The position numbers and the translations under genes were made by a program. 64,000 nt of DNA. Source: Candidatus Saccharimonadia bacterium (lineage in GTDB: Bacteria; Patescibacteriota; Saccharimonadia; UBA4664). The DNA is taken from positions 2,901 through 66,900 of the forward strand of contig DATIIV010000033.1 in NCBI GenBank assembly GCA_035479295.1, given 5' to 3'. Shown here in pieces: positions 19,196-29,973 of this stretch; position 1 is the stretch's first letter, and the number at the start of each line of letters is the position of its first letter. The notes beneath the pieces were generated by a model. The model was not told the origin of the DNA. It saw only the letters and a program-made list of their open reading frames with translations, and did no database searches.

Positions 19196-20998
19196 TTAAG
19201 CAGCTTGATTGAGATGCGGTCGAGTCCGATCAAGGACGGCCATAACCCGGCGCCGAGTCTGCAGCACGATATCCTGAGCGGCCTGCTGAAACTGGCGGCC
19301 GCGATCTTCGCCTTGCTCGGCCGAGCGCAGAAGGTCGGCCAGGGTTAGGAAGTCGGGGCTTAGTGCGAGACCCTTGCCTGCCGAAAACCGGGCGGCCCAC
19401 GGGTCGTCGGAGGGGCGAGTCATTTGGTGGCTGGCAAATAAATCGTTCATTTGGGCGGAATATTGCTGCCAGGCGGCCGCTAGCTCGGTCTTTGACGGGT
19501 CCGCCGCCTCTTTGGGATGCTCCAAGAGCTGAGTGTGTGCTTTAAGGGCGCTAAAGAGAGCACTGGCGCTGCGCATCGTACGGTTAAGCCCTGATAGGCC
19601 TTTAGCCTCCAGCGTTCGTAACTCCACCGCGGTGGAAGCATCTCCCTGGATGTCTTCACTGCTTCGTTCCATAATGCCGCCGTTACCCTTGCAGGCCCAG
19701 CCGCCCTCAGGAGCGGTTGATGCTTGTTCCAGCCGTTCGGCACTACAGCTCCAACCGGTAGCCTCCAGCCCGTGCAATAAGGTATACACCTCATTGCCGG
19801 CCGGGCCGTTAGTACTGACTTCGGCGCCCGTAAGATGCAGCGGATACGAATACTCATTGCGGAGAAGGTCGGCCTGCATCAGGGCCTGGACTTCGCGCGT
19901 GTGGGTGAGGTAGCTGTAAGCCGGGCGAGGGGCGAATTCCCACATGGCGTCGCTACCCGCTGGTATACCCAGTTGCTCGCTGTGGCGATAATTGGCTTGT
20001 CGCTGGTAGGCTCGAGCCTCTCGCTCCTCACTAGAAAGGTTCAAGTTGTCATCAACTAATAATGACTCTTCTTCGATCTCTACTTCTATGCCTAGCGTGG
20101 TGCTATAAGGCGAGGGATTGTCCTCTTGATAGGCGGCAATAATTAGTCGCTCTTTAAACTGCTCAGGAGTGTGCGACGATAAGGGGCGCTCCATCAGAAC
20201 CCAGAGATTCTGGAGCGTCTCCGAACGCTTACCGGAGCCCTGGGAACTAACCATAAGATCAGGTTTTCGGCGAAGGCTCTGCCCAAAGTCTGGGTCGTTC
20301 ACGCTGTCATTAAAGAATTCTTGGGCATAGGCCAGAGCCAGGACTTCGGGACGAGATATCGTCCGGAAGTAGTTGAGAGCTTCTGCCCGCTGGCCGCGGT
20401 GACGAACGCCTTTAACATACTCATCGAGCCAGCCCTCTACGTGCTGCTGCCATTGTTCCCGGCTCGCCTCCGAGGTGGCTCGGTGCTCAATGGCCGAGGC
20501 TACGAACAGCGCATCGTTCATCTTGTAACTGCGGTACTCTGGGTCTGGTTCGGTGGCGATAGCATGGGACGCATAGGCAGCGAGGTGGGGTAGTAGCTGG
20601 TCGTCACCCAATCGAGCTAGGGCGACACGCAATGGTTGTTCCATTTTGCCCTGTTGAACAACATAATCAGCAATCTCGGGCACATTTTCCCTCGTAGCAG
20701 CGGCGTTTACCAGACTGGCACTAAGCTCCGGTATAAGCCTGCCTTGGCTAAGTTCTTGGAGTACGGCATGGGCGGCTGGAGCTCCTTCTTGTCGAAACTG
20801 GCGTAGTAAGGCTACGGCACGTGTCTTCTCGGCGTCACTGGGCTTCAGCTTTAATTGGATAGCTGCAAACTCGTGAGTCAGGGCCGTCAGATCCTCCTGG
20901 TTCGTCTCACTGGTGTTGGCTGTGAGGTCGCGGTAGGCGTCGGCGCCCTGAAAGTCCGGCTTGTCACCATGATGGGGCGAGTGGTGCTCGTAGTTCAT
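19196..20998 (-). CDS. Large hypothetical protein (600 aa)
   Basis: Long GC3-rich ORF with no recognised domain. Confidence 0.45.
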   Translation of the reverse strand: MNYEHHSPHHGDKPDFQGADAYRDLTANTSETNQEDLTALTHEFAAIQLKLKPSDAEKTRAVALLRQFRQEGAPAAHAVLQELSQGRLIPELSASLVNAAATRENVPEIADYVVQQGKMEQPLRVALARLGDDQLLPHLAAYASHAIATEPDPEYRSYKMNDALFVASAIEHRATSEASREQWQQHVEGWLDEYVKGVRHRGQRAEALNYFRTISRPEVLALAYAQEFFNDSVNDPDFGQSLRRKPDLMVSSQGSGKRSETLQNLWVLMERPLSSHTPEQFKERLIIAAYQEDNPSPYSTTLGIEVEIEEESLLVDDNLNLSSEEREARAYQRQANYRHSEQLGIPAGSDAMWEFAPRPAYSYLTHTREVQALMQADLLRNEYSYPLHLTGAEVSTNGPAGNEVYTLLHGLEATGWSCSAERLEQASTAPEGGWACKGNGGIMERSSEDIQGDASTAVELRTLEAKGLSGLNRTMRSASALFSALKAHTQLLEHPKEAADPSKTELAAAWQQYSAQMNDLFASHQMTRPSDDPWAARFSAGKGLALSPDFLTLADLLRSAEQGEDRGRQFQQAAQDIVLQTRRRVMAVLDRTRPHLNQAA

Positions 20999-21031
20999 GC
21001 TACTTATGGTAGTTCAGCTAGGTACTCTTGG

Positions 21032-21358
21032 CTAGGCGGCCGGGCGCCAGGTGCGCTGATCGTTAACCGCTTCTTTGTCGCGAAAGGCTCGTTCTAGGTC
21101 CACCTCATAATGATTGGCGATGGCAGTGAGCACAATTAAGATATCGGCCAGTTCCTCGGCGATAGTGCCAACTTTGGAGTGCTCATCCACCCGCAGCTGC
21201 TCTTGTTTGCGCACGGCTTTGCTGAGCTCGCCGACCTCCTCGGTCAGCAACAGGCACTCTTGTAGTACCGAATTACTACTAAAGCCGCGCTCCTGGGTCA
21301 TTTGGCGAACGTAGCGTTGCAGATCTTGAACGGTAGCGTGGGCCGGTAGGGTAGCCAT
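21032..21358 (-). CDS. MazG-like nucleotide pyrophosphohydrolase
   Basis: ...LLLTEEVGELSKAVRK...ELADILIVLTAIANHYEVDLE matches the MazG EExxE/ExxD helix pattern. Confidence 0.7.
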   Translation of the reverse strand: MATLPAHATVQDLQRYVRQMTQERGFSSNSVLQECLLLTEEVGELSKAVRKQEQLRVDEHSKVGTIAEELADILIVLTAIANHYEVDLERAFRDKEAVNDQRTWRPAA

Positions 21359-21455
21359 AAAACCTCACAATCTTAGGCCGTTATTATACCGAACATGATT
21401 AGAACAAACAAGGAGCCCGGAGGCTCCTTGCGGTGGACGGCGCGGAGAGACGAGC

Positions 21456-21968
21456 CTACTTGTTGCCCTGAGCAATGTAGTCTTTAATGGCCTTAACGAC
21501 CTTACCGTCGTCCTTGAGGTTCTCCCAGAACAGGACCTGTGAGCGGCTGATGAACATCGAGTCCTCGGGCCCATGCAGCTCGCCGCCAAGCTTGGCCAGC
21601 GAGACCTGCTGGTTATTATTGGCCGATGAGCTGCTATCCTTGGGCTGAACGGTCTGCTGGACCTGCAGGTAGTAGATGTTGCTGAGCTTAACGTAGCTTG
21701 AATCGACGCTCGAGACCTTGCCAAAGTAGACCTGACCATTGGTGAGGAAGACGGCTTGGTACTGCTTGCCCTTAACGGCGCTATCGGCGGTGAGGCTACC
21801 GATGGCCCGCGTGGCGTAGTAGCCCATAAAGGTGAGCGCGGCCAGAATGAGGGCGATCGAGAGTAACTTGTTGAGCAGCGAGCTGCTCGCGTTGGCGACC
21901 GAGGCGAGAGCCGGGCTGTGCTCGGCTGGGGCCGCTCCTCTGCTTGGCATCTGAGAACGCATTTCCAT
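21456..21968 (-). CDS. Hypothetical N-terminally anchored protein
   Basis: One TM helix (LLSIALILAALTFMGYY) then a soluble domain. Start chosen at the MEMRSQ ATG, but an upstream extension to 22034 is possible. Confidence 0.4.
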   Translation of the reverse strand: MEMRSQMPSRGAAPAEHSPALASVANASSSLLNKLLSIALILAALTFMGYYATRAIGSLTADSAVKGKQYQAVFLTNGQVYFGKVSSVDSSYVKLSNIYYLQVQQTVQPKDSSSSANNNQQVSLAKLGGELHGPEDSMFISRSQVLFWENLKDDGKVVKAIKDYIAQGNK

Positions 21969-22108
21969 GAGGCTTAAACTCCACCTATCATTAGCAATTA
22001 AGCTTATGGTACAGGAGCAGGGCAGTCGAGGCAAGTTCGTCGCGGGCGGTCTGATCTAGCGGTGACGGCTGGCGGGCGCTATAATCATAACAACTATCGA
22101 GGTGAACG

Positions 22109-22954
22109 ATGCGGGTCCGCCGCCCCAACTTAATCCGACGAGCCATAGTCGTGGCGGCTTGGGCGGCCGTGGCGTTGGCAGGATTGGGAGCAGCGCCGGC
22201 GGCTCTGGCTAGCCTGTCGCAGGCCTACGCCACTACGGCCAGCATTCCCGACGGCAGCTTGGTGGCGCTGGATACCAAGTCGGCCGGCAGCGTGGTAGTG
22301 GCCGACCTCACCAACGCCGGCCGACTCTTTGGTGTGACGGCGCCACCGTCCTCGGCGCTGGTGTCGTTGGGCGGCAGCAATAGTAGCGGCCAGGTGCAGG
22401 TAATCACTACCGGCACGGCCAACGCGCTGGTGACGACGTCCGGCGGCGACATTCACGTGGGCGACGCTATCGCTGTCTCGCCGATCGCCGGGGTGGGCCA
22501 GAAGGCTAGCGGCAAGGTGCGCATCATCGGCACGGCCCAGAGCGACTTTAGTGCCGCCACTCCCGGCGCCGCCAAGCGCACTATCACCACCGCCACCGGG
22601 AGCCAGCAGGAGGTGGCGATCGGCCAGATTCCCCTCGTGGTAGCCGTAGCCACCTACAATCAAGACACCAGCCAGGCCTACACCGTGCCGAGCTGGCTGC
22701 AAAATTTCTCTAATGCGCTGGCCGGCAAGAACGTCTCGCCGGTACGCATTATTATTGCCGGCCTGATTCTGCTAATATCGTTAGTAAGCGTAAGTGTGTT
22801 GCTGTACGCGGCGGTGCGTAATAGCATCATCTCGATCGGCCGCAACCCGCTGTCGCGCGGCTCGGTCTTGCGCGGCCTGCTGCAGGTTACGCTGATCGCC
22901 TTTGGGATTCTAGGCCTAGCTGCCGGTGCGATGTTCTTGGTGATTACGAGGTGA
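22109..22954 (+). CDS. Hypothetical secreted protein with a C-terminal two-helix membrane hairpin, translationally coupled to atpF
   Basis: N-terminal signal-like region, Gly/Thr/Ser-rich beta-like domain, and a C-terminal TM-IGRNPLSRG-TM hairpin. Its stop overlaps the atpF ATG (ATGA). Confidence 0.45.
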   Translation: MRVRRPNLIRRAIVVAAWAAVALAGLGAAPAALASLSQAYATTASIPDGSLVALDTKSAGSVVVADLTNAGRLFGVTAPPSSALVSLGGSNSSGQVQVITTGTANALVTTSGGDIHVGDAIAVSPIAGVGQKASGKVRIIGTAQSDFSAATPGAAKRTITTATGSQQEVAIGQIPLVVAVATYNQDTSQAYTVPSWLQNFSNALAGKNVSPVRIIIAGLILLISLVSVSVLLYAAVRNSIISIGRNPLSRGSVLRGLLQVTLIAFGILGLAAGAMFLVITR

Positions 22955-23547
22955 GTATGGAAGTCCTTATTTTAGCTGGTTTGGTGCTGCTGTTTACGAT
23001 CGTAACAGTGGTGCAGAGCTACCAGCTGCGGGCGCTGCACAAGCGCGAGGCCGAGCTGGCTGGTAAGCCCAAACCGATTCGCGTAGGCGAGCCGACTGTG
23101 GCCGAGCTCGAGGCCAAGCTCAAGGCTGCCTACGAGGCTCAGATTGCGACCTCCGTGCAGGTCTTTGGCGACGACCTAAAGACTACCTCAGCCAAGTTAG
23201 GCGAGCAGGTGTCGCGACTCACCACCACGGTAATTGAGGAAGAGTTGACGGCCTACCAGAAGACCCTAGAAGAGGTGCGGGCCGCCGCCACCGAGGCCAT
23301 GGACAAGATTCGGGCGGCCGTAGAGCAGCAGCGCGTCGAGTTGCGCCAAGGCATGGAGGCCGATCTGGCCGCCGAGCGCCAGCGCCTGGCCGACAAGTTT
23401 AATGCCAAGCTCGGCGACGTGGTGAGCAGCTACATCGCCGAATCGCTGGGCGGCGGCGTTGATCTGGGCGCGCAGATGCAGTACATTCTGGCCTCGCTCG
23501 AGGCGCACAAGGATGACATCAAGAAGGATCTGACCGGTGGCGTTTGA
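22951..23547 (+). CDS. atpF: F-type ATP synthase subunit b
   Basis: Single N-terminal TM followed by a long charged coiled coil. Its operon position precedes the delta subunit. Confidence 0.7.
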   Translation: MSMEVLILAGLVLLFTIVTVVQSYQLRALHKREAELAGKPKPIRVGEPTVAELEAKLKAAYEAQIATSVQVFGDDLKTTSAKLGEQVSRLTTTVIEEELTAYQKTLEEVRAAATEAMDKIRAAVEQQRVELRQGMEADLAAERQRLADKFNAKLGDVVSSYIAESLGGGVDLGAQMQYILASLEAHKDDIKKDLTGGV

Positions 23548-24019
23548 ATTACCTAGCGCCGTCTACAGCCCCGAGCTGCTTGATAGCGTGAGCTATGAGC
23601 TGGAGCAGTATCTAGCCTGGTACCAGCAGGCGCGCGTGCAGCACCGTTCGGGCGTGGCGCCGGCCGCCGAGCCCTCGTACTCGGCCGAGACCGCTCAGAC
23701 CATTGAGGCTTGGCTAGCGGCCAGCGGCAAAAAGCCGACCATCGAGACCATTGAGGCGCTGCTGGCCCACCTGCGTGGCCTTAAGCTGCCCACGGCCCAC
23801 ATTATGCTGGCCACCTTACCCAACCACGCTCAACGCGCTCAGCTGGTCGACTGGTTTCGGCGCTTGGCCGGCCGGCCCCTGCTGGTGGCCTTTGTGGCCG
23901 ATCGCAATCTGGGCGGCGGCATCGTGGTGCGCACACCCAATCGCATCTTCGATTACTCCTGGCGGCAGCGCTTAACCGAGGGGCGCAGTAAATTGGCGGA
24001 GATTGTAAACCGTGCTTGA
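23537..24019 (+). CDS. atpH: F-type ATP synthase subunit delta (OSCP)
   Basis: C-terminal ...GGGIVVRTPNRIFDYSWRQRL resembles OSCP. Sits between atpF and atpA. Confidence 0.7.
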   Translation: MAFELPSAVYSPELLDSVSYELEQYLAWYQQARVQHRSGVAPAAEPSYSAETAQTIEAWLAASGKKPTIETIEALLAHLRGLKLPTAHIMLATLPNHAQRAQLVDWFRRLAGRPLLVAFVADRNLGGGIVVRTPNRIFDYSWRQRLTEGRSKLAEIVNRA

Positions 24020-25535
24020 TGATAACCCCAAATTTGCCAAACTGGTAGCGGCCGGCAACGCCACCGGGGAGGTCATTGGTGTGGACCGCTTTATTGTAAC
24101 GGTGCGCGGCCTCGGCGAGGTCTCAGTAAACGCGCTGATCTACTTTAGTAACGGCCACCAAGGCCTGGTGCGCGAGGTTCACGAAGAGACGGTGATGGTG
24201 CTCAACATGACGGCCGAGTCGATCGAGCTGGGCACGCTGGCCGTCATTGAGGCCGAGGAGCTGGTGACTGGTGTGGGCGAGGGGCTGGTCGGCCGGGTGC
24301 TATCGGTGCTGGGCCAACCGCTGGACGGCAAAGGTCCGCTCAATATTGCCCAGTACGACCCGGTCTTTAAGGTGGCGCCCGGCATCATTGAGCGCAAGAT
24401 GCTGAGCGACCCGCTGACCACCGGCGTGGCCATCGCCGATCAGCTGTTTCCGCTGGTAAAGGGCCAGCGCATCGCCGTGCTGGGTGATAACAAGGTGGGT
24501 AAGAGCGCCTTTACCACTCAGCTAACGTTGGCGCAAAAGGATACGGGTCGCATCGTCATTCACGTGCTGATCTCCAAGCGTAAGTCCGATGTGGACCGGC
24601 TGATCGCCAAGCTCAACGAGACTGGCGCCATTAAGTACTGCGTCATTATTGTGGCCACGGTCTTCGACTCGCTGACTCAGTCGTACCTGGCGCCGTACGT
24701 GGGCGCTAGTGTCGCCGAGTTTCTGTGGCGGGGCGGCAAGGACTGCATTATCGTGTACGACGATCTGAGTAACCACGCCAAGGTCTATCGCGAACTGTCG
24801 TTGCTGCTTAAGGTGAGCCCCGGCCGCGCTAGCTATCCAGGCGATATGTTTTATGCCCACTCTAGTCTGCTAGAGCGGGCCGGGCGGCTAGCCAGCAATG
24901 GCGCCACGCTGGCCTCGATTCCGGTGGTGCTGACGCCCAACAATGACATTACGGCGCCGCTGCCCACCAGCATCATGTCGATCACCGACGGCCAGCTGAT
25001 CTTTGACACCGACGCCTTTCGCTCCGGCATCCGGCCGGCCATCTCGGTGGGTCTATCGGTGTCGCGCGTCGGCGGCGTGGGCCAGAACAAGCGCCAAAAG
25101 AAGTTGACGGCTAGCCTGTTCAAGAAGCTAGCGCTCTACCGTCAGGCCGCCGAGTTCTCGCACTTTGGCTCCGAGCTGGCCATCGACTCCAAGTACGATC
25201 TGGAGCTGGGCAAAAAGATCTACGAGGCGCTCAAGCAGCCGCCGGACGTCATTTATACTGCCAACGAGCAGGATCTTATTCTGGGCACCGTTATGAAGAC
25301 CGAGGGTAAAATTAGCATTAACATTGATAGCCTTAAGCGCAAAGCCACCGAACTAGCGCCGACTATGACGGCCGACAGCGACTGGGAGGCCACCATTACC
25401 CAGCTGCTGGCCGAGGTAACCGTGCAGGCGCCCAGTGCGCCCCAGCCGGCGCCGCAACCTGGGCCGCAAAACCCCGCGCCGTCCGCCGAAGCTGGCGCCG
25501 CCGCCGCGCCGCCGCCGGCCGGAGCTAAGTCCTAA
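24012..25535 (+). CDS. atpA: F-type ATP synthase subunit alpha (divergent, Pro-rich C-terminal extension)
   Basis: Walker A GDNKVGKS and Walker B/DELSKQA-like region IIVYDDLSNHAKVYRELSLLL. The C-terminus carries a PQPAPQPGPQNPAP tail. Confidence 0.85.
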   Translation: MLDDNPKFAKLVAAGNATGEVIGVDRFIVTVRGLGEVSVNALIYFSNGHQGLVREVHEETVMVLNMTAESIELGTLAVIEAEELVTGVGEGLVGRVLSVLGQPLDGKGPLNIAQYDPVFKVAPGIIERKMLSDPLTTGVAIADQLFPLVKGQRIAVLGDNKVGKSAFTTQLTLAQKDTGRIVIHVLISKRKSDVDRLIAKLNETGAIKYCVIIVATVFDSLTQSYLAPYVGASVAEFLWRGGKDCIIVYDDLSNHAKVYRELSLLLKVSPGRASYPGDMFYAHSSLLERAGRLASNGATLASIPVVLTPNNDITAPLPTSIMSITDGQLIFDTDAFRSGIRPAISVGLSVSRVGGVGQNKRQKKLTASLFKKLALYRQAAEFSHFGSELAIDSKYDLELGKKIYEALKQPPDVIYTANEQDLILGTVMKTEGKISINIDSLKRKATELAPTMTADSDWEATITQLLAEVTVQAPSAPQPAPQPGPQNPAPSAEAGAAAAPPPAGAKS

Positions 25536-26389
25536 TGGCTCGCCAAGCGCTCGGCATCCAAAAGGAGGCCGGCCAGGTCGGCACCATCTCGGAGCTCACC
25601 GGCATCTTCGAGAGCATCGCCAGTATGCGCATCGGCAAGATCAAAGACAAAGTAACGCGCAGCCAAAAGTTCTTCGACGAACTCTGGCAGATCTACACCC
25701 AGTTGCGCGTCGACCCCACCGAGCGCCTGCAGACTCACCGCACCACCAAGCGCGACAAGCCCAACGTCTACCTGGTGCTCACCAGCGAGGGCGGCCTGTC
25801 CGGCGACATCGACCAGCGCATTGTGCACACGGTTCTCGAGAACTTTGATCCCGCTACCACCGACCTCATCGTCATCGGCGCTCACGGTGCTACTCAGTTT
25901 GTGCAGGCCAAGACCCACATTAAGCGCTACTTCCGCCTGCCCGACGTCGATCAGGCCATCGATGTCTCGCCGATCGTCCAGGAGCTGATCGGCTACAAGC
26001 AGTCGACCGTCTGGTTTCAGCGCTACATCAGCCTGAGTGTGCAGGAGGTGGGCCGCATCGACCTGATCAATCGGGTTAAATCGCTGGGCTCGGATGCCGA
26101 GGCTCGCCAAGCTGATATAATTAGCCCGCGCGAGTACCTGTTTGAACCCAACGTCGATGAGGTGGTGCGCTATTTAGAGAGCGTGATGATGGAGATCGCG
26201 CTGTCACAGGTGATCTTAGAGTCGCGGCTGGCGCAGTATGCCTCGCGATTTACGGCCATGAGCGCGGCCAAGAAGCGCTCGCAAGAGATGAAGCTAGCGC
26301 TAGTGATGTCGTTCAACCGGGCCAAGCGCGGCGAAGCCGACGACCGCATTAAAGAGATCGTGAACGCCATGAACGCGCTGAGTATGTAG
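25535..26389 (+). CDS. atpG: F-type ATP synthase subunit gamma
   Basis: N-terminal ...ISELTGIFESIASMRIGKIKDK and C-terminal ...ITKEIVNAMNALSM helices typical of gamma. Confidence 0.8.
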   Translation: MARQALGIQKEAGQVGTISELTGIFESIASMRIGKIKDKVTRSQKFFDELWQIYTQLRVDPTERLQTHRTTKRDKPNVYLVLTSEGGLSGDIDQRIVHTVLENFDPATTDLIVIGAHGATQFVQAKTHIKRYFRLPDVDQAIDVSPIVQELIGYKQSTVWFQRYISLSVQEVGRIDLINRVKSLGSDAEARQADIISPREYLFEPNVDEVVRYLESVMMEIALSQVILESRLAQYASRFTAMSAAKKRSQEMKLALVMSFNRAKRGEADDRIKEIVNAMNALSM

Positions 26390-26424
26390 TGAAGCTATGC
26401 CGAACAAAGAACGAGGGATAGATA

Positions 26425-26598
26425 ATGAAGGCAGCAGAGGTCACTCCGGGTAAGGCTTTTTCCTACGAGGGCAAGGCCTACATTGCTCAGAACGTTACTA
26501 CTAGTAGCCTGCCCGATCATGTCGATATCTACGCTACAAATCCAGCTACTGGCGAGTCGGTCATCCTCCAGGCCATTCCTGCAGACAGGGATGTTTAG
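26425..26598 (+). CDS. Small ORF (57 aa) inserted between atpG and atpD
   Basis: A GAGGGA SD lies 6 nt upstream of the ATG. MKAAEVTPGKAFSYEGKAYIAQNV... The local GC is lower than the rest of the operon. It is absent from the ORF track because it is under 60 aa. Confidence 0.3.
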   Translation: MKAAEVTPGKAFSYEGKAYIAQNVTTSSLPDHVDIYATNPATGESVILQAIPADRDV

Positions 26599-26615
26599 TT
26601 AGCTAGTGCGCTCCC

Positions 26616-26647
26616 GGCGTCCCTTGTCGATGTTGGCAAGGGACGCC
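26616..26647 (+). promoter_or_regulatory. Stable hairpin (attenuator or terminator-like) inside the atp operon
   Basis: GGCGTCCCTTG-tcgatgttgg-CAAGGGACGCC forms an 11-bp perfect stem. It is followed by aatttgttgt, a weak U-tract. Confidence 0.35.
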
Positions 26648-26684
26648 CCAATTTGTTGTATGATAAGGGTAAGCATTATCGTAG

Positions 26685-28004
<1,320 letters not shown>

Positions 28005-28018
28005 GGCGGGTCGGGTAG

Positions 28019-28333
28019 ATGGCGGTCGATGCCAAAGGCAGCCCCACCTACGCCGGCGCCTATGAGTCGCAAGGCGCGGCCAAGGAGTATCAGCATTTTC
28101 ATGTCAAAATCTTTAGCCCCTACGAGACCTATTACGAGGGCGAGGCGGTGAGTTTGAGTGCGGCCAACCGTACCGGGCCGTTCGACATTCTACCCGGCCA
28201 CGTTAACTTCTTCTCGCTGTTGACGGGTGGTCAGGTGGTTATTAACACCGGCTTTCAGCGACTGGAGTTTCAGGTAGCGCGTGGCATTATTCGGGTTAAC
28301 CGAGATACCGTGACGCTCTTTGCCGACGTGTAG
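28019..28333 (+). CDS. atpC: F-type ATP synthase subunit epsilon
   Basis: ...FHVKIFSPYETYYEGEA...GPFDILPGHVNFFSLL matches the beta-sandwich N-domain pattern. Confidence 0.75.
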   Translation: MAVDAKGSPTYAGAYESQGAAKEYQHFHVKIFSPYETYYEGEAVSLSAANRTGPFDILPGHVNFFSLLTGGQVVINTGFQRLEFQVARGIIRVNRDTVTLFADV

Positions 28334-28339
28334 TGGCGG

Positions 28340-28765
28340 CTAGAGGGGATGCACTGGTAGTATTGTGGGCGTTGAGTAGGGCAGATATACTCGGCCAGTA
28401 AAGCACTGATAGCCTCGCCCGTGCTCGACGGCATTGATAGAGCCGATCGGACTGGAGTGAGCCGATTGATTTGACGGCAGGGTAGACGTCGCAAAGGTAG
28501 CGCACAACTGGAAGTCCGTGGCATTGACGGTGTGGTAGCTAAGGCCGGTGTGGTCGCCCGAGACCCGGTCAAGGCTAGTCGGCAACTGGTCGTGATCATT
28601 AACGTAGGTCTGCAGTGCAACGTTGATGTTGTCGAGCCGCAGGGCCAGGGCCTCGTCGGCCCGCGCCGGAATATTAAGCTGTGTCTCGGCGACTACGGCA
28701 CCTCCGCCCACCATGATAATCAGCGCCATCGCCAGGTAGTAGGGCTTCATGTTGCTCGTGGCCAT
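28340..28765 (-). CDS. Hypothetical N-terminally anchored secreted protein
   Basis: MKPYYLAMALIIMVGGGAVVA anchor. Confidence 0.35.
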   Translation of the reverse strand: MATSNMKPYYLAMALIIMVGGGAVVAETQLNIPARADEALALRLDNINVALQTYVNDHDQLPTSLDRVSGDHTGLSYHTVNATDFQLCATFATSTLPSNQSAHSSPIGSINAVEHGRGYQCFTGRVYLPYSTPTILPVHPL

Positions 28766-28768
28766 CGG

Positions 28769-29479
28769 CTACTGCCCCTTGTGGTGTTCATCGCGCCAGT
28801 AGTAGGCAAAGATGCTGCCGGCGATGCCGACCGTAACGAGAGTATGCAAGAAGCTGGCGAAGGCCGGAGTATTGGCTGCTACGCCCAGGAAGTAATCGGA
28901 GCTCGTGCCATTCATGAGGCTGTAAATGTAGGTGACGAGGCGGAAGAGACCCCAAATAAAGGTGACGATGAGCGTCAACTGCACCGCGTGTCGGCGCGAG
29001 GCATCGGCGCGAATGCCCGGTTCGGCCAGCTCGGCGCGCTTAAGGCGCAAGAATAGCAGGGCAAAGATGGGCAAGCCTACGATGAGCGCCGAGGCGGCAA
29101 ACGAGATGAAGCTATCGTTGGCGTTGTCGCCGCGACCAAAGCCTAGGTCAACCACATTGTGCAGCAGCGCGCCCAGCGACACGGCCGTGACGCCGAGCGC
29201 CAGGAACATAATGGTGTACTCCAGGCCGCGCGTGGTGCGCTGCTGCACCACGGCAATAGGCGCGACCGACCGATGGCGGTCACCTAGCTGACTGCCGGCG
29301 TCGTGGTCGGCGACTCCGGGCGGTGGTGGCGGCATCAGCAGGGCCTCGTCGCCGGCCTTAAGCGCCGCGGCCACCTGCCCGGCCTCCCAGCCGGCGCCCA
29401 CCAAGTTATCGCGAATATCCTGGTCGCTCAATTTGCGCGATCGGGCAAAGGTAATGTATTGCAGCAGCTGCTGGTTCAT
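28769..29479 (-). CDS. Hypothetical membrane protein with soluble N-terminal domain and PPPPP linker
   Basis: About 45-aa helical N-domain, a proline linker, then 4 TM helices. Confidence 0.4.
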   Translation of the reverse strand: MNQQLLQYITFARSRKLSDQDIRDNLVGAGWEAGQVAAALKAGDEALLMPPPPPGVADHDAGSQLGDRHRSVAPIAVVQQRTTRGLEYTIMFLALGVTAVSLGALLHNVVDLGFGRGDNANDSFISFAASALIVGLPIFALLFLRLKRAELAEPGIRADASRRHAVQLTLIVTFIWGLFRLVTYIYSLMNGTSSDYFLGVAANTPAFASFLHTLVTVGIAGSIFAYYWRDEHHKGQ

Positions 29480-29587
29480 AAATGCTCCGGCTTAGGTTAA
29501 TGCAAGTATCTAGCGACGCTACTCAGGAGTCAATGCAAGAAATTGCAGAATCATGATCAGATAATTCCTTGGCAAAAGCCAATTATG

Positions 29588-29616
29588 GTTGACATGATCT
29601 CAAGCATAAGCATAAT
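29588..29616 (+). promoter_or_regulatory. Strong sigma-70-like promoter in an AT-rich intergenic region
   Basis: TTGACA-17nt-ATAATA. Serves the small ORF at 29649 and probably the downstream ABC genes. Confidence 0.45.
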
Positions 29617-29648
29617 ACAGGTAAGAATATAATTAAACAGGAATTGTT

Positions 29649-29876
29649 ATGGCTTTTTCCCACACCAATTCAAAGGGGCAGCAGTACTTTCTGCATATGA
29701 AAGATGTGACGCTCAAGGGTGGTCGGTTGCAGCGCATCTACTACTTCGCCAAACTGCCAAACCATCCCAAGGGCACCCCGGTGGACGAGCTGCCGGTTGG
29801 ACGCATTGTCGTGGAGAATCTACGCACGGGCTTGCCGGTACTCAAAAAAGACGTGGCCTTGGGGGCCGCGGCGTAA
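29649..29876 (+). CDS. Small hypothetical protein (75 aa)
   Basis: ORF immediately downstream of a consensus-like promoter. No motif. Confidence 0.35.
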   Translation: MAFSHTNSKGQQYFLHMKDVTLKGGRLQRIYYFAKLPNHPKGTPVDELPVGRIVVENLRTGLPVLKKDVALGAAA

Positions 29877-29973
29877 CGCTCTGATTCGAGACCGATAAAC
29901 CAACGAACCGTCGCCTGGCGGTTTTTTGGTGTGGTTGAAGCGAGACTGGCCAAAGTGCTAAGGTAGGAACATT

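Noticed and set aside
22705-22954. The C-terminal hairpin of protein 22109-22954 read as a fused ATP synthase c subunit
   Set aside because: The loop resembles RQPE, but helix 2 lacks the essential Asp/Glu and helix 1 lacks the GxGxGxG packing motif. It is kept only as a question within the atp-operon finding.
25532-26110. 192-aa minus-strand ORF
   Set aside because: Antisense to atpG. Similarly, 26970-27632 is antisense to atpD.
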